From Mobula hypostoma (taxonomy: Eukaryota), in contig NC_086097.1 of NCBI RefSeq assembly GCF_963921235.1, positions 221,652,001-221,716,000 on the forward strand: DNA of 64,000 nucleotides, given 5' to 3'. A program made the translations under genes and the position numbers. Below the pieces are notes generated by a model. That model worked only from the letters and a program-made list of their open reading frames with translations. It did not search any database and was not told where the DNA came from. Positions 39,400 through 51,038 of this stretch are shown here, piece after piece; position 1 is the stretch's first letter, and each line of letters starts with the position of its first letter.

Positions 39400-39955
39400 A
39401 AGTGGTGGGTAAGACTGGAGCAATATACAGGGAAAAATTTAAGAGGTTTGAGTTACATGCATTTTTAAAAGGCAGATTATAATGATGAAGGGAATGCAGT
39501 GGATGTTTGTCTGTAAGGATTTTATAAAGTACCACATAAAAGACTATTTAACAAAAGTGCAGTTCATGAAGAAGTATGACCATTAATGAAATATTGGCTC
39601 AAGGACAAAAAACAGTGAGTCAGCAATGATTGTTCTACAGACTGGAGGATGGCAGACAGTGATATTCCCCAAGGGTCAGTGCTAGGTCCACTGTCTTTTT
39701 GTTTGATTTGGAAATGCAGCAGTCAGGGAGAATAACATAAATTAATTGCAACAAGTCATCAATAAGCTAATGAAATGGGAAAACAAGCGGTGAAAAGGAA
39801 TGCAAAACAGAGATGTGTGTGGTTGTGCACTGTGACAGACGGAAAGGGGTGATGTCATACGGGCCTAATAGCATAAGCCTAAAGAGAGTGCGCGAGCAAA
39901 GAGACCTGAGGGTTCTTGTGCATAGGTGTTTGAAGGTGCACCATTAGCATAATTT
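39400..39955 (+). mobile_element. Old CR1 RT fragment
   Basis: IPQGSVLGPL codons at ~39665; RDLRVLVHR-like codons at ~39900. Confidence 0.7.
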
Positions 39956-40002
39956 CTAAAGTTCTATGTTTCATAAATAAAATCATGAATACAACAGCTC
40001 TG

Positions 40003-40456
40003 TAACAAGAGAAAATCTGCAGATGATTGAAATCCAAGCAACACGCACAAAATGCTGGAGGACCCGGCAGGCCAGGCGGCATCTACGGAAAAGAGTACTG
40101 TTGACGTTTCGGGCCGAGACCCTTCATCAGGACTGGAGAAAAAAAGATGAGGGGTCAGAGTAAGAATGTGAGGAGAGAGAGGAAAAAACACAATGACACA
40201 ATGGGATAGTGAAACCGGGACGGGGGTGGGGGGGGGGAGGGGAGTAAAGAGCTGGGCAGTTGATTGGTGAAAGAGATACAGGGTAGGAGAAGGGGGAATC
40301 TGATAAGAGAGGACAGAAGGCCATGAAAGAAAGAAAAGGGGGAAGAGCACCGTAGGGAGGTGATGGGCAGGAAAGGAGATAAGTTGAGAGAGGAAAATGG
40401 GAATGGGGAGTAGTGAAAGAGGGGGCATTACCAGAAGTTTGAGAAATTAATCTTCA
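40003..40456 (-). mobile_element. Penelope-like element 3' part: GIY-YIG C-terminus, 3'UTR, hammerhead
   Basis: SLQPDGMKINFSNFW* followed by pyrimidine-rich UTR and AGTCCTGATGAAGGGTCTCGGCCCGAAACGTC. Confidence 0.9.
40100..40134 (-). ncRNA. Minimal hammerhead ribozyme motif with intact core
   Basis: AGTC-CTGATGA-A-GGG TCTCGG CCC-GAAA-CG-TC-AAC; helix I carries mismatches. Confidence 0.65.
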
Positions 40457-40953
40457 TGCCATCAGGTTGGAGGCTAACAACATTGATTTCTTGAACTTTC
40501 ATTATTCGACCTGGAACTAACTGCGGAGTATCTGCAGAAAATAGAGTGGAAATAGAGGTGATCAATGATTTTTTTAAAAATAGATTATGCCACTGAGGGA
40601 AATAAACTTGAAATGGAATAGAGTGAGAATGGGAGAAAGTCAGTCTCATTTAAACAAGAGATAGAAAAGGTGCATGCATCAAAAGGCCAATGTTATGATT
40701 GTCATGTGGGGAATTCAATAAGCGTTAGATTGGGAGAATCAGGACCATGCTGGATTCCAAGAGAGAGAATTTGTAGAATGGTTATGAGATGACTTTTTGG
40801 AGCAGCTTGTGCTTGAGTCCAGAGGGAAAGGCTTTTCTACATTGGGTGCTGTGTAATGAACCAGATCTGAATAGGGAGCTTAAGATAAAGGAAACCTTAG
40901 AAGGTAGTGATCACAGTATGATAGAATTCACTCTGCAGTTTGAGAGGGAGAAG

Positions 40954-41153
40954 ATTTTTCTCTCTCTATGAATTGATAAGAGGAGAATTAGCTGTCTTCT
41001 TTTTTATTTATAATACGTATTAGCTTAATACTATGATAATGTCTATTTCACTTTCTGCTTGTATTGTTATTGATATATATATTTGAGATAATTCTCCTCT
41101 TGTTTGTATATATGCTCTTTTGAAATCAATAAAAAGATTAATAAAGAAAGAAA
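40954..41153 (+). mobile_element. 200-bp L1-like 3' tail insertion with 12-bp TSD
   Basis: TSD GAGAGGGAGAAG at 40942-40953 and 41154-41165; AATAAA plus (GAAA)n tail. Confidence 0.75.
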
Positions 41154-41585
41154 GAGAGGGAGAAGCTGAAGTCAGATGTATCAGTATCACATTGGAGTAA
41201 AGGAAATTACAGAGACAGGAGAGAGAAGCCAGCCAAAGTTGATTGGAAGCGGACACTAGCAGCGATAATGGCAGAATAGCAATAAGTGGCTAGAGTTTCT
41301 GGGAGCAATTCAGAAGATGCAGGATAGATACATCTCAAAGATGAAGGAGTACTCTAAAGGGAGGATGATGCAACTGTAGCTGATAAGTGAAGTCTAAGAA
41401 AGCATAAAGCAAAAAAGAGAAGATATATGATAAAGCAAAAAATAGTGGGAAGTTAGAGGAAGTAGTCGGAAGCTTTTAAAAACCAACAGAGAGTAACTAA
41501 ATAAAAGGGAAAAAAGATGAAATATGAAGGTAAGCTAGCCAAAAATATAGACGAGGATACCAAAGGATTTTTCAGATATACTGCA

Positions 41586-42047
41586 CAGTACTGTACAAAA
41601 ATCTTAGGCACGTATACGTAGATAGGGTGCCTAAGACGTTTGCACAGTACTGTAGTAATTTTGTGTATTGCATTGTACTGTTGCCACAAAAAAAATCAAA
41701 AATTATGACATATCTGAGTGATGATAAACCTGATTCCGATATAGATCTCTATTGTAGACTGAGAGTGCAATGGGGCAGGGAGAGGGACTCATGGTTTGGT
41801 AGGGTGTCAAATGACTTTCCATGGTGTCTCAGGATTGGGTGTGTCTGCACCCACGCCATCCCCCGCCCTGGCACTCCTTCTCTGCCACCTGCCCCACACC
41901 TCTCCCATGGCTCCACCCTCACCATTCCCAATATCCTTACAGATTTACAAGCTCGCTCTCTGCTCCACGTTGACAAATATAGTACTGTACAAAAGCCATA
42001 GGCGGCCTAGCTATATATATGTGCCTAAAGACTTTTGGAAAGTACTG
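41586..42047 (+). mobile_element. Composite Tc1-like non-autonomous element, copy 2
   Basis: Palindromic units at 41586-41652 and 41980-42047; inserted at a TATA run of the CR1. Confidence 0.85.
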
Positions 42048-42244
42048 TATAAAGAGTAAAAGAAAGGGAATAGTGGATATTGGACTGCTGGAAAATGACA
42101 ATAGAGAAGTACTAATGGTGTTCAAAGAAATGGGGGACAAACTTAAAAAGTATTTTGTGTCACTCTTCACTATGGAAGACACTAGCAGTTTGCCAGAAAT
42201 TTGAGAATGTCAGGGTGCAAAGTCAACTTAACTTGGAACCTTAA

Positions 42245-43632
42245 AGTTGTCAAAGCCGGGGAGAGAGGGAAGTGGGGATAAGCTTCCACTACCTATTAAA
42301 TGCTCCCAATGCTGAGGCTCTCAAATAGTCTCTGACAACCAGGTATATGGAGGAATTTAAGGTGGGGGGTTATATGGGAGGCAGAGTTTGAGGGTTGGCA
42401 CAACATTGTGGGCCGAAGGGCCTGTAAAGTGCTGTACTATTCTATGTTCTATGTTCTTAACCAAGTCAAGTCCATCTCCTGGCCTTCATGTGTGGCTTAG
42501 CAACAAAACCATTTCTACTGATGGGAGAAGGGGCAAAGGTGGGTAAATAGTGCCTTAAAACCAGTTGCTTCAGGAACTGGGGCTCATCATCCATGGTTAG
42601 CAACTCGTCTAGGCGGAGGAAAACTCGGATCTCAAACCTCCGCTGCCTAGTGGCTATATCTGAAATGAAATGAAATGAAATATCTTTATTGTCATTACAT
42701 AGTACAATTTGTCATGCACAAATACAGCGAAAATGAGTTTGCAACTCTCGTACTCAATACCATAAAACAACAAATAAAATGAATAAACAATACATAAAAT
42801 CAAGTAACCAGCCAGTACAAGCAATGTCCAGCAGTATAGAAGTGCAACTCAGATGCATGACAGCCATAAAACCAGTATTAAAGTAACAATATAACACATT
42901 TATGGATGATGCTTGATCGATTGGTTCAGAGCAATTATAGCTCTGGGGAAAAAGCTATTTTTCAGTCTGGAAGTGTGTGCATAGAAAATCTTATAACATC
43001 TGCCAGATGGAAGAAGTTCAAACAGATGATTGCATGGGTGTGTATTGTCCTTACCGATGCTTGTAGCTTTCCTTAGGCAGCGAGAGCTGTAGGTGTCCTC
43101 CAGGACTGGGAGCCATGTCCCAATGATCTTTTGTGTGCTAGAGACGACCCGCTGAAGTGCTTCCCTATCAGCTGCTGTATAACTGAGATACCACACAGAG
43201 ATGCAGTATGTTAAGATGCTCTCTATGGTGCAGCGGTAAAAGGTCACCAGCATCTGTTCAGGTAGACCAGCTTTCTTCAGCGTCCTGAGGAAAAACAAGC
43301 GTTGCTGTGCTTTCTTAACTATTGTTGTGGTTCTTAACTATTGTCCGCTCATGGGGAAGGCTTCGGGAATAAACCCCGAGGAGAAATCAGGAGCTGGAAG
43401 CCCTAAGTCGGTCTTATGTTGAGTTCAATGCTAACTTGCAAATTCTGCAACGCCACTTGTGCCAAACTGCATCGGTCTCTGTTGTTCATTTAGATTCATC
43501 AGCTGTGTGGAGTTGGGAAGGCTACTGCATGGCAACAGCTTGCTTGCCATGTTGTACTGCCCTGGCTTGCATATCAACATAGACAGCTGGGACGCAACAT
43601 CTATGGTCAACCCTGACCAACAGAGGCCCTTC
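42245..43632 (+). mobile_element. Non-autonomous non-LTR element hosting a CR1 tail (42343-42456) and a Rex1 (42661-43345)
   Basis: GTCTAGGCGGAGGAAAACTCGGATCTCAAACC leader-type motif; 3' end matches reverse complement of 37280-37460. Confidence 0.6.
42661..43345 (-). mobile_element. Rex1/Babar LINE 3' fragment
   Basis: Open ORF FYRCTIESILTYCISVWY...LLPSGR...RLKNSFFPRAI; (TTTCA)n tail. Confidence 0.95.
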
Positions 43633-43635
43633 AAG

Positions 43636-44298
43636 CAATGTTCTCTCCAACGTGTGTGCGCACAAAAGGTTATCACCCTCTACCTCGTTGGCATGTTAAG
43701 TATATATCATGAGCGTACACAATCATATTTCCTTTTCCGGTTTCTGAAGTGGTCAGTGTTGACAACATAGAATTTGTGATGATTTGGCTGCAGATTTTAG
43801 AACTGGCTTGTTTATACTGCTTTTATTGAAGAAATTATTGATTCACTGTGTCGATTTCCAAAGAAGCAAAGGGCGTGAAGTGTAAAGGAACTGCTAGTTC
43901 ATTTAAAGTGGAATGGCTTAATGAAACAGTAGAAACTGCTACCCCGAAAGCTCATGAGGTCAGGAACGTGCAGCTACGAGAAAGATTTATGTACAATACA
44001 GAAACTGGTGTTACCTACGTGTATTGTCATGATGTAAAAGTTGCTGGAGAATTTGCAAGTGGGAAGAAGGGGAGTGATATTTGGAAACTTGACTTTTTAA
44101 AACGTCATTTAGCAAGCAAATCACATAAGGACAGTGTGCACAAGTTCCAGTGAGAAAATCCTTTCTTATCCTCTATAGGCCTGTTACTATGTTGTGAGAG
44201 TGCAGATGAATGAGGGCAAAAATGACCAAAGTTCTGATTGACAGTGCTTTGCTAGCCATTAAAAAGAGTACCTCTATATATAAAACTCAGTGCACACA
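43636..44298 (+). mobile_element. hAT-type DNA transposon 5' fragment (TTF/ZNF862-like zinc finger)
   Basis: FKVEWL...YC...EFASG...WKLDFLKRHLASKSH; begins with TIR-like CAATGTTCTCTC. Confidence 0.7.
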
Positions 44299-44784
44299 TG
44301 TTGTAGTCACTGCTAGAGAAGGTGTTTGGGAAGCAGAAAGGTCTGAGGTAGATAAGTCTCCTGGACCAGATGGATTAACCTGGGTTTTGAAAGAGGTTGC
44401 TGAGAGATTCTGATAGAATCAGTACTTATCTTTCAAGAATCAATAGATTCTGCCATGGTTCCAGAGGAATGGAAAATTGCAATTGCCACTCCACTCTTTA
44501 AGAAGAGAGAGAGGCAGAAGGAAGGAAATTATAGGCCAGTTAGCCTGACTTCAGTGGTTGGAAAAAATGTTGTAGTCCATTACTAAGGACAAGTTTTCTG
44601 GGTACTTGGAAGAAAATGATAAAATAAGCCAAAGTCAGTATGTTTCACTTGGGGGAAATTTTGCCTGACAAATCTATTGGAATTCTTTGAGGAAGTAACA
44701 TACAGGATAGACACAAGAGAGTCAGTGAATGTCGTTTATTTGTATTTTCAGAAGGCCATTGATAAGGTGCCACATAAAAAACCA

Positions 44785-46160
44785 AAGGACCATAAGATAT
44801 TGGAGCAGAATTAGGCTATTTGGCCCATCAAGTCTGCTCCACCATTTTGTCAAGGCTGATCCAATTTTCCTGTCAGCCCATCCTCCTGCCCTCTCCCCAT
44901 ATCCATGCTTACTCTGAGAAATCAAGAATCTATCAATCCCTGCCTTATGGAGGGAGGAGAAAATGGCGGCACGACGCAGTACGTGCGGCTGTTTTGAATG
45001 AGTATTGTGTGTGTTAACTAGGGGGGCTGTGCACAATCTGGATTTGATGGAGACAGCCGTGAGAAGCATGGAGGAACACCCGGAGTAACTTCTGAAATGC
45101 CCGCTTCACTGCCACTGCTACTGTGCGATCGAGAATCTCCGGAGGGAAGGCCCCAAATCCTCGGCTTTGCCTATCGCCTGTTGCCAGGGCCGGGGTCGAA
45201 GCGCTCGGCAGAGATGGTGCTCGGCGCTTGGTGTCAGAAAGCTGGTCGGAGGCTCGGAGTTTTCGGACGGACTCGGAGTCAGACTGTGGTTGGATGCTTC
45301 CAGGATGCTGCATTGGCAAGTTTGCGGTGCTGGAGGTTCACCGTCTGCGTGAGATGATGGGACTTTCGAGAGACTTTGAGACTTGTACCATGCCATGGTC
45401 TGTTCTTATCAGATTACGGTATTGCTTTGCACTGTTGTAACTATATGTTATAATTATGTGGTTTTTGTTAGTTTTTAAGTCGGTTTGTCATGTGTTTCTG
45501 TGATATCATTCTGGAAAAACATTGTATAATTTCTTAATGCATGCATTACTAAATGACAATAAAAGAGGACTGCGTGTCCTCATAATTTAATCTAAATATA
45601 CATAAAGACTTGGCCTCCATAGCTGCCTGGGGCAAAGAATTCCACAGATTTGTCACCCTCTGGCTGAAGAAATTCCTATCTCATCTCCATTCTAAAAAGA
45701 CGCCCCCTTCTATTCTGAGGTTGTGTCCTCTGGTCTTAGACTCTCCCACCATTGGGAACGTCCTCTCTGTATCAAGGCCTTTCACCATTCAACAGGTTTC
45801 AAAGATGTCACCCTTCATTGTTCTAATGAATACAGGCCCAGAGCCATCAGACACTCTTCATATGACAAGCCAATCAACCCTGGAATCATCTTCGTGAAGC
45901 TCCTTTGAACCCCCTCCAGTTTCAGCACATCCTTTCTAAGACAAGGGGCCCAAACCTGTTCACAGTACTCCAAGTGAGGCCACACCAGTGCTTTATAAAG
46001 TTTCAATATTGCATCCTTACTTTTATATTTTAGTCCTCTTGAAGTGAATGCTAACATTGCATTTACCTTCTTCAACACAGACTCAAGCTGAAAACTAACC
46101 TTTAGGGAATCCTGCACAAGGACTCCCAAATACCTTCGCATATCAGTGTTTTTTGTATTT
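44785..46160 (-). mobile_element. CR1 3' part (subfamily A) with nested retroposon
   Basis: LGVLVQDSLKV...HLEYCEQVWAP; tail begins at ~44785. Confidence 0.9.
44948..45595 (+). mobile_element. Non-autonomous retroposon with Rex1-like tail, copy 2 (probably full length)
   Basis: Starts AAAATGGCGGC (YY1-type motif), CpG-rich, ends AATAAAAGAGG...AATCT; splits the CR1 at TGCCTT|AAATATAC. Confidence 0.85.
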
Positions 46161-48247
46161 TCTACCAAGTATCCTGCCATTTACTTTGTACTCTGCCTTG
46201 GAGTTAGTCCTTCCAAAGTGTACCACCTCACACTTCTCCGGGTTGAACTCCATCTGCCACTTCTCAGCCCACTTCTGCATCCTATCAATGTCTCTCTGCA
46301 ATCTTTGACAATCCTCTACACTATCTACAACACTACCAACCTTTGCATCGTCTGCAAACTTGCCAACCCACCCTTCTACCCCCACATCCAGGTTGTTAAT
46401 AAAAATCACGAAAAGTAGAGGTCCCAGAACAGATCCTTGTGGGACACCACTAGTCACAGTCCTCCAATCTGAATGTACTCCCTCCACCACGACCCTCTGC
46501 CTTCTGCAGGCAAGCCAATTCTGAATCCACCTGGCCAAACTTCCCTGGATCTCATGCCCTCTGACTTTCTGAATAAGCCTACTGTGTGGAACCTTGTCAA
46601 ATGCCTTACTAAAATCCATATAGATCATATCTACTGCACTACCCTCATCTATCTGCCTGGTCACTTCCTCAAAGAACTCTATCAGGCTTGTTAGATATCA
46701 TCTGCCCTTCACAAAGCCATGCTGACTGTCCCTGATCAGACCATGATTCTCTAAATGCTCAGAGATCCTATCTCTAAGAATCTTTTCCAACAGCTTTCCC
46801 ACCACAGACGTAAGGCTCACTGATCTGTAATTACCCGGACTATCCCTACTACCTTTTTTGAACAAGGAGACAACATTCGCCTCCCTCCAATCCTCCGGTA
46901 CCATTCCCGTGGACAATGAGGACATAAAGATCCTAGCCAGAAGCTCACCAACCTCTTCCCTCGCCTCGTGGATCAGCCTGGGGAATATTCCGTCAGGCCC
47001 CGGGGACTTATCCGTCCTAATGTATTTTAACAACTCCAACACCTCCTCTCCCTTAATATCAACATGATCCAGAACACCAACCTCACTCATATTGTCCTCA
47101 CCATCATCAAGTTCCCTCTCATTGGTGAATACCGAAGAGAAGTATTCATTGAGGACCTCGCTCACTTCCACAGCCTCCAGGCACATCTTCCTACCTTTAT
47201 CTCTATTCGGTCCTACCTTCACTCCTGTCATCCTTTTTTTCTTCACATAATTGAAGAATGCCTTGGGGTTTTTCCTTTACCCTACTCACCAAGACCTTCT
47301 CATGCCCCCTTCTTGCTCTTCTTAGTCCCTTCTTAAGCTCCTTTCTTGCTGCCCTATATTCCTCAATAGACCCATCTGATCCTTGCTTCCTAAACCTCAT
47401 GTATGCTGCCTTCTTCCACCTGACTAGATTTTCCACCTCACTTGTCACCCTACCATTCTTTATCTTCCTCACCGGGACAAATTTATCCCTAACATTCTGC
47501 AAGAAATCTCTAAACATCTACCACATGTCCATAATACATTTCCCTGCAAAAACATCTTCCCAATTCACACCCGCAAGTTCCAGCTTTATAGCCTCATAAT
47601 TTGCCCTTCCTCAATTAAAAATGTTCCTGTCCTCTCTGATTCTATCCTTTTCCATGATAATGCTAAAGGCCAGGGAGCGGTGGTCACTGTCCCCCAGATG
47701 CTCACCTACTGAGGGATCTGTGACCTGACCTGGTTCATTACCTAGTACTAGATCTAATATGGCATTCCCCCTAGTCGGCCTGTCCACATACTGTGACAGG
47801 AATCTGTCCTGGACACACTTTAACAAACTCTGCCCCATCTAAAACCTTGGAACTAATTAGGTGCCTATCAATATTAGGGAAGTTAAAGTCACCCATGATA
47901 ACAACCCTGTTATTTTTGCATCTTTCCAAAATCTGCCTCCTAATCTACTCCTCTGTATCTCTGCTGCTACCAGGGGGCCTATAGAATACCCCCAGTAGAG
48001 TAACTGCTCCCTTCCTGTTCCTGACTTCCACCCATACTGACTCAAAAGAGGATCCTGCTACATTACCCACCCTTTCTGTAGCTGTAATCGTATCCCTGAC
48101 CAGTAATGCCACCACTCCTCCCCCTTTTCCCCCTCTCTATCCCTTTTAAAGCACTGAAATCCAGGAATATTGAGAATCCATTCCTGCCCTGGTGCCAGCC
48201 AAGTCTCTGTAATGGCCACTACATCATAATTCCATGTATGTATCCAA
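46161..48247 (-). mobile_element. CR1 ORF2 (subfamily B, young), endonuclease to RT, lacking its own 3' end
   Basis: Long open frames: PTRGNAILDLVL, DKSPGPDGI, YMDFSKAFDKVPH, FADD. Confidence 0.95.
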
Positions 48248-48414
48248 GCGCTGTTCTAAAAAGTCATCTTGTAAGCATTCTAGAAATTCTCCCGCCTGGG
48301 ATCCAGCACCAACCTGCTTTTCCCAATCTACATGCATATTGAAGTCCCCTATGACTATTGCAACATTGCCCTTTTGGCATGCAGTTTCTAACAATGTCAG
48401 GAAATTCATAAAAA

Positions 48415-48612
48415 GCATCCCCACTCACCTACCCTTCCTTTTACTTGGTTTCACCTACACCTTCCAGCTTGTACTCCTTCCCATCCCACCACTTTTTTTT
48501 TATTCTGGCTTCTTTCCCTTTCCTTTCCAGTCCTGATGAAGGGCCTCAGCCCAAAACATCGACACTTCATTCCTGGCCATAGATGCTGCCTGAGCTGCTG
48601 AGATTTCCAGCA
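48415..48612 (+). mobile_element. Penelope-like 3'UTR/tail with hammerhead motif at 48529-48563
   Basis: AGTCCTGATGAAGGGCCTCAGCCCAAAACATCGAC. Confidence 0.8.
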
Positions 48613-48949
48613 AGTGCAGAATCTGTTTATAAGACATACTAATTACTTCACCAGCTTCAGTTTTCTGAATGTTGTAAAATAAAGTGCCCTACTTTGGCAT
48701 TGTGGAATACTATACAGTAAAAAATACGCTCATTGTAGCATCTAATTGAAAACCTACTAAAAGTCGCTGAAAGACTGAGTGGGGGGAATTAACCCTGCAA
48801 CGTGCTTCCAAATAACTGAATTCCAAATCAAAAAAAGTACGTTCGATCCTTTATTATGAAACCAGCAAAGACGAGCGACAAAGATGGTCGATCAAAAATA
48901 CCGATAGAAACGAACAAAACTAGCGTAGCGATAGCTATATTAGTGCTTA

Positions 48950-50230
48950 ACTAGAAGTATCCATTCCCTACTCACCCCTTCTTCACTAAACTAACACAAA
49001 AGGTGAATACGTGACTATACTCGATTATTCCCATCACACCCAAACCCTCGCGACTAATTACTGTAACATAAAATAAAATACAAACAGATGACAAATAGAC
49101 ACATGGCTCCTACACCCATAATCCTATGTATTGCAATATTTAGTGGTCTTATTTATCATTTTCAATATTCTAGTATTTGTAATGATGCACAACTATGTAT
49201 TTTGGTTGAGTAAAAACAAGATACTAGTCACTAACTGAAAACAAGGCGGCCTTAAAGTTGGATGAAAGGATGTTGTTAAAGTGATGACGATATTAGACAC
49301 AATGGGGCCAAATTTTGGTTTCATTGCCTCAGCAGTAATATTTGATTGTGGATCAATTAGTATTGTAAAACCCACCTGATTCTCATTTTACTTCAAACAA
49401 TTAAATAAGAATCATGTGATCTGCACAATCAGAATAAAACCCAGGCAATAAAGACAATCTACCCAAATGATACAGTGTATTAAAGCTGGAAATAATTTTT
49501 AATAAGATAATTAAAGGCAGACATTTAAAAAAAGGTAGTTCAAGAGAAAGTTCTGAATAACTTACTCCCTGATTCAATTTATATATTGATATGAAAGAAT
49601 CTCAAATATCATACTTAAATTTAAAATGGGGTGTGGTTAATGAGGCATTTCATGCTCGTTGCTCCTGTATAACAATGAGCAGTTACCATAAGCATTAAGT
49701 TTTAGCCTCACACTCTAACCATATGAGCTAAGAATCCACTTAGTATTTTGATAAGAGTTAAGAAAAGGGAAAACAGGATCTGCCTTTGGTAGCTAAATGA
49801 AGTGAAAACAGTAGTTCCTGTGCCACTGCCTTACTCAATCCATATGTGAACTTAAAGTACAGGAAATAGCCGCCATTCACTGCATACAGACTAGAGGCCT
49901 AGCAATCTATAAGGGCCTTGTGGAACTAATTGGGCCTTATTACGATAGTCCTCAACACAAGAAAGCAGTTTGGAAAGATAGAATTTGAAAATCCAGAATA
50001 TTAAGAAAGGACAAGGCAAAAAAAGAGTATAACAACTAAAAAAATGGAAGATAAATTGTTTTAAAGATAATTAAACACTTTTTGAGGCAGTATTGAAAAC
50101 TAAAGCTATTGAGTGATTAACAATAAAAATGAATTACTGTTTTAATCGGAATGTAAGATAATGGCAGAACGTAATTTTTGTAAATTCCAGTTGAAAATGC
50201 TTTATTGTTAATTATGTAATGTTAAGTCTT
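48950..50230 (+). mobile_element. Highly decayed L1/Tx1-like ORF2 C-terminal region (tentative)
   Basis: A-rich plus strand; across stops ILCIAIFSGLIY...N*KQGGLKV resembles the post-RT GGL region of Tx1/L1. Confidence 0.4.
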
Positions 50231-50666
50231 CACCATTCATCTACAATCTCTTCCAGATCTACAATAGCAAGAGTTCTACATTCCTCAATTTCTGCCTCTT
50301 TAAATAAAGAACTTTCTTTGCTCCACCTATTGTTGAATAGGTGGTCGATTGTCAAATTGGTGATGGACTGCTCTCTTCAAACAGCAAAAAAATTCTGAAT
50401 GAAAATTGCAAAGGGAAAGGGGCGAGCAACCCTTTTAGTGGAGTGTAGAGGCACATTCATAGCCTTACAGCACAGACAGGAATAACAGCACAATTTGTTT
50501 AGATTTTCAAAAATTATTGTCAATGTGCAAGTAACACATATGACATTAATTATCTCCTTTATGTTAATCAGCCATGATCAAATTATTTTCCATTTATAAT
50601 TATTAGCCTCTCATATCAAATCAATAGTGTGCTCCTGAACTACCATATGTGCACTAAATCCATTTA

Positions 50667-50860
50667 CAAGTCCTCCCCAGCTTGCAAATGCCCAATACAT
50701 GTATATGCGAACTTCTGAGAGAACAGTAGGATGGATTTGCAGGCTGCTGTGAGCTAAAACCACTTTTCTGCTGCACGGAAAAACTTAGTTCTCAGCCACA
50801 CTTCTGACTTGCAAACAGTTCTCGGGAATGGAACCCTGTTGTAACTTGGAAACAACCGGT
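50667..50860. mobile_element. Short Tigger/pogo-like MITE (tentative)
   Basis: TA-flanked imperfect TIRs CAAGTCCTCCCCAGCTTGCAA / TTGTAACTTGGAAACAACCGG. Confidence 0.4.
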
Positions 50861-51038
50861 ACAGGTTAGAGTCATAGAGTCATAGAAAAGTACAGCACAG
50901 AAACAGGCCCTTTGGCCCATCTAGTCTGTGCTGAACCATTTAAACTGCTTACTCCCATCAATCTGCACATATAGCCCTCCATACCCTTACCATTACCATC
51001 CACGTACCTATCCAAACTTTGCTTAAACGTTGAAATCG

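Larger units (their letters stand above)
40655..44776 (+). mobile_element. CR1 ORF2 (endonuclease to RT) interrupted by several insertions
   Basis: LEGSDHSMIEF, YFVSLFT, DKSPGPDG, NYRPVSLTS; host segments at ~40655-40953, 41154-41580, 42048-42220, 44300-44776. Confidence 0.9.

Noticed and set aside
43848..44153. ZNF862-like host gene
   Set aside because: Truncated, followed by a stop, embedded in a CR1 and preceded by a TIR-like end; a hAT transposon remnant
49088..49460. Reading frame that extends if TGA is read as Trp (possible NUMT or endogenous virus)
   Set aside because: No mitochondrial or viral motif recognised; TAA stops and frameshifts remain; a decayed L1/Tx1 reading fits better
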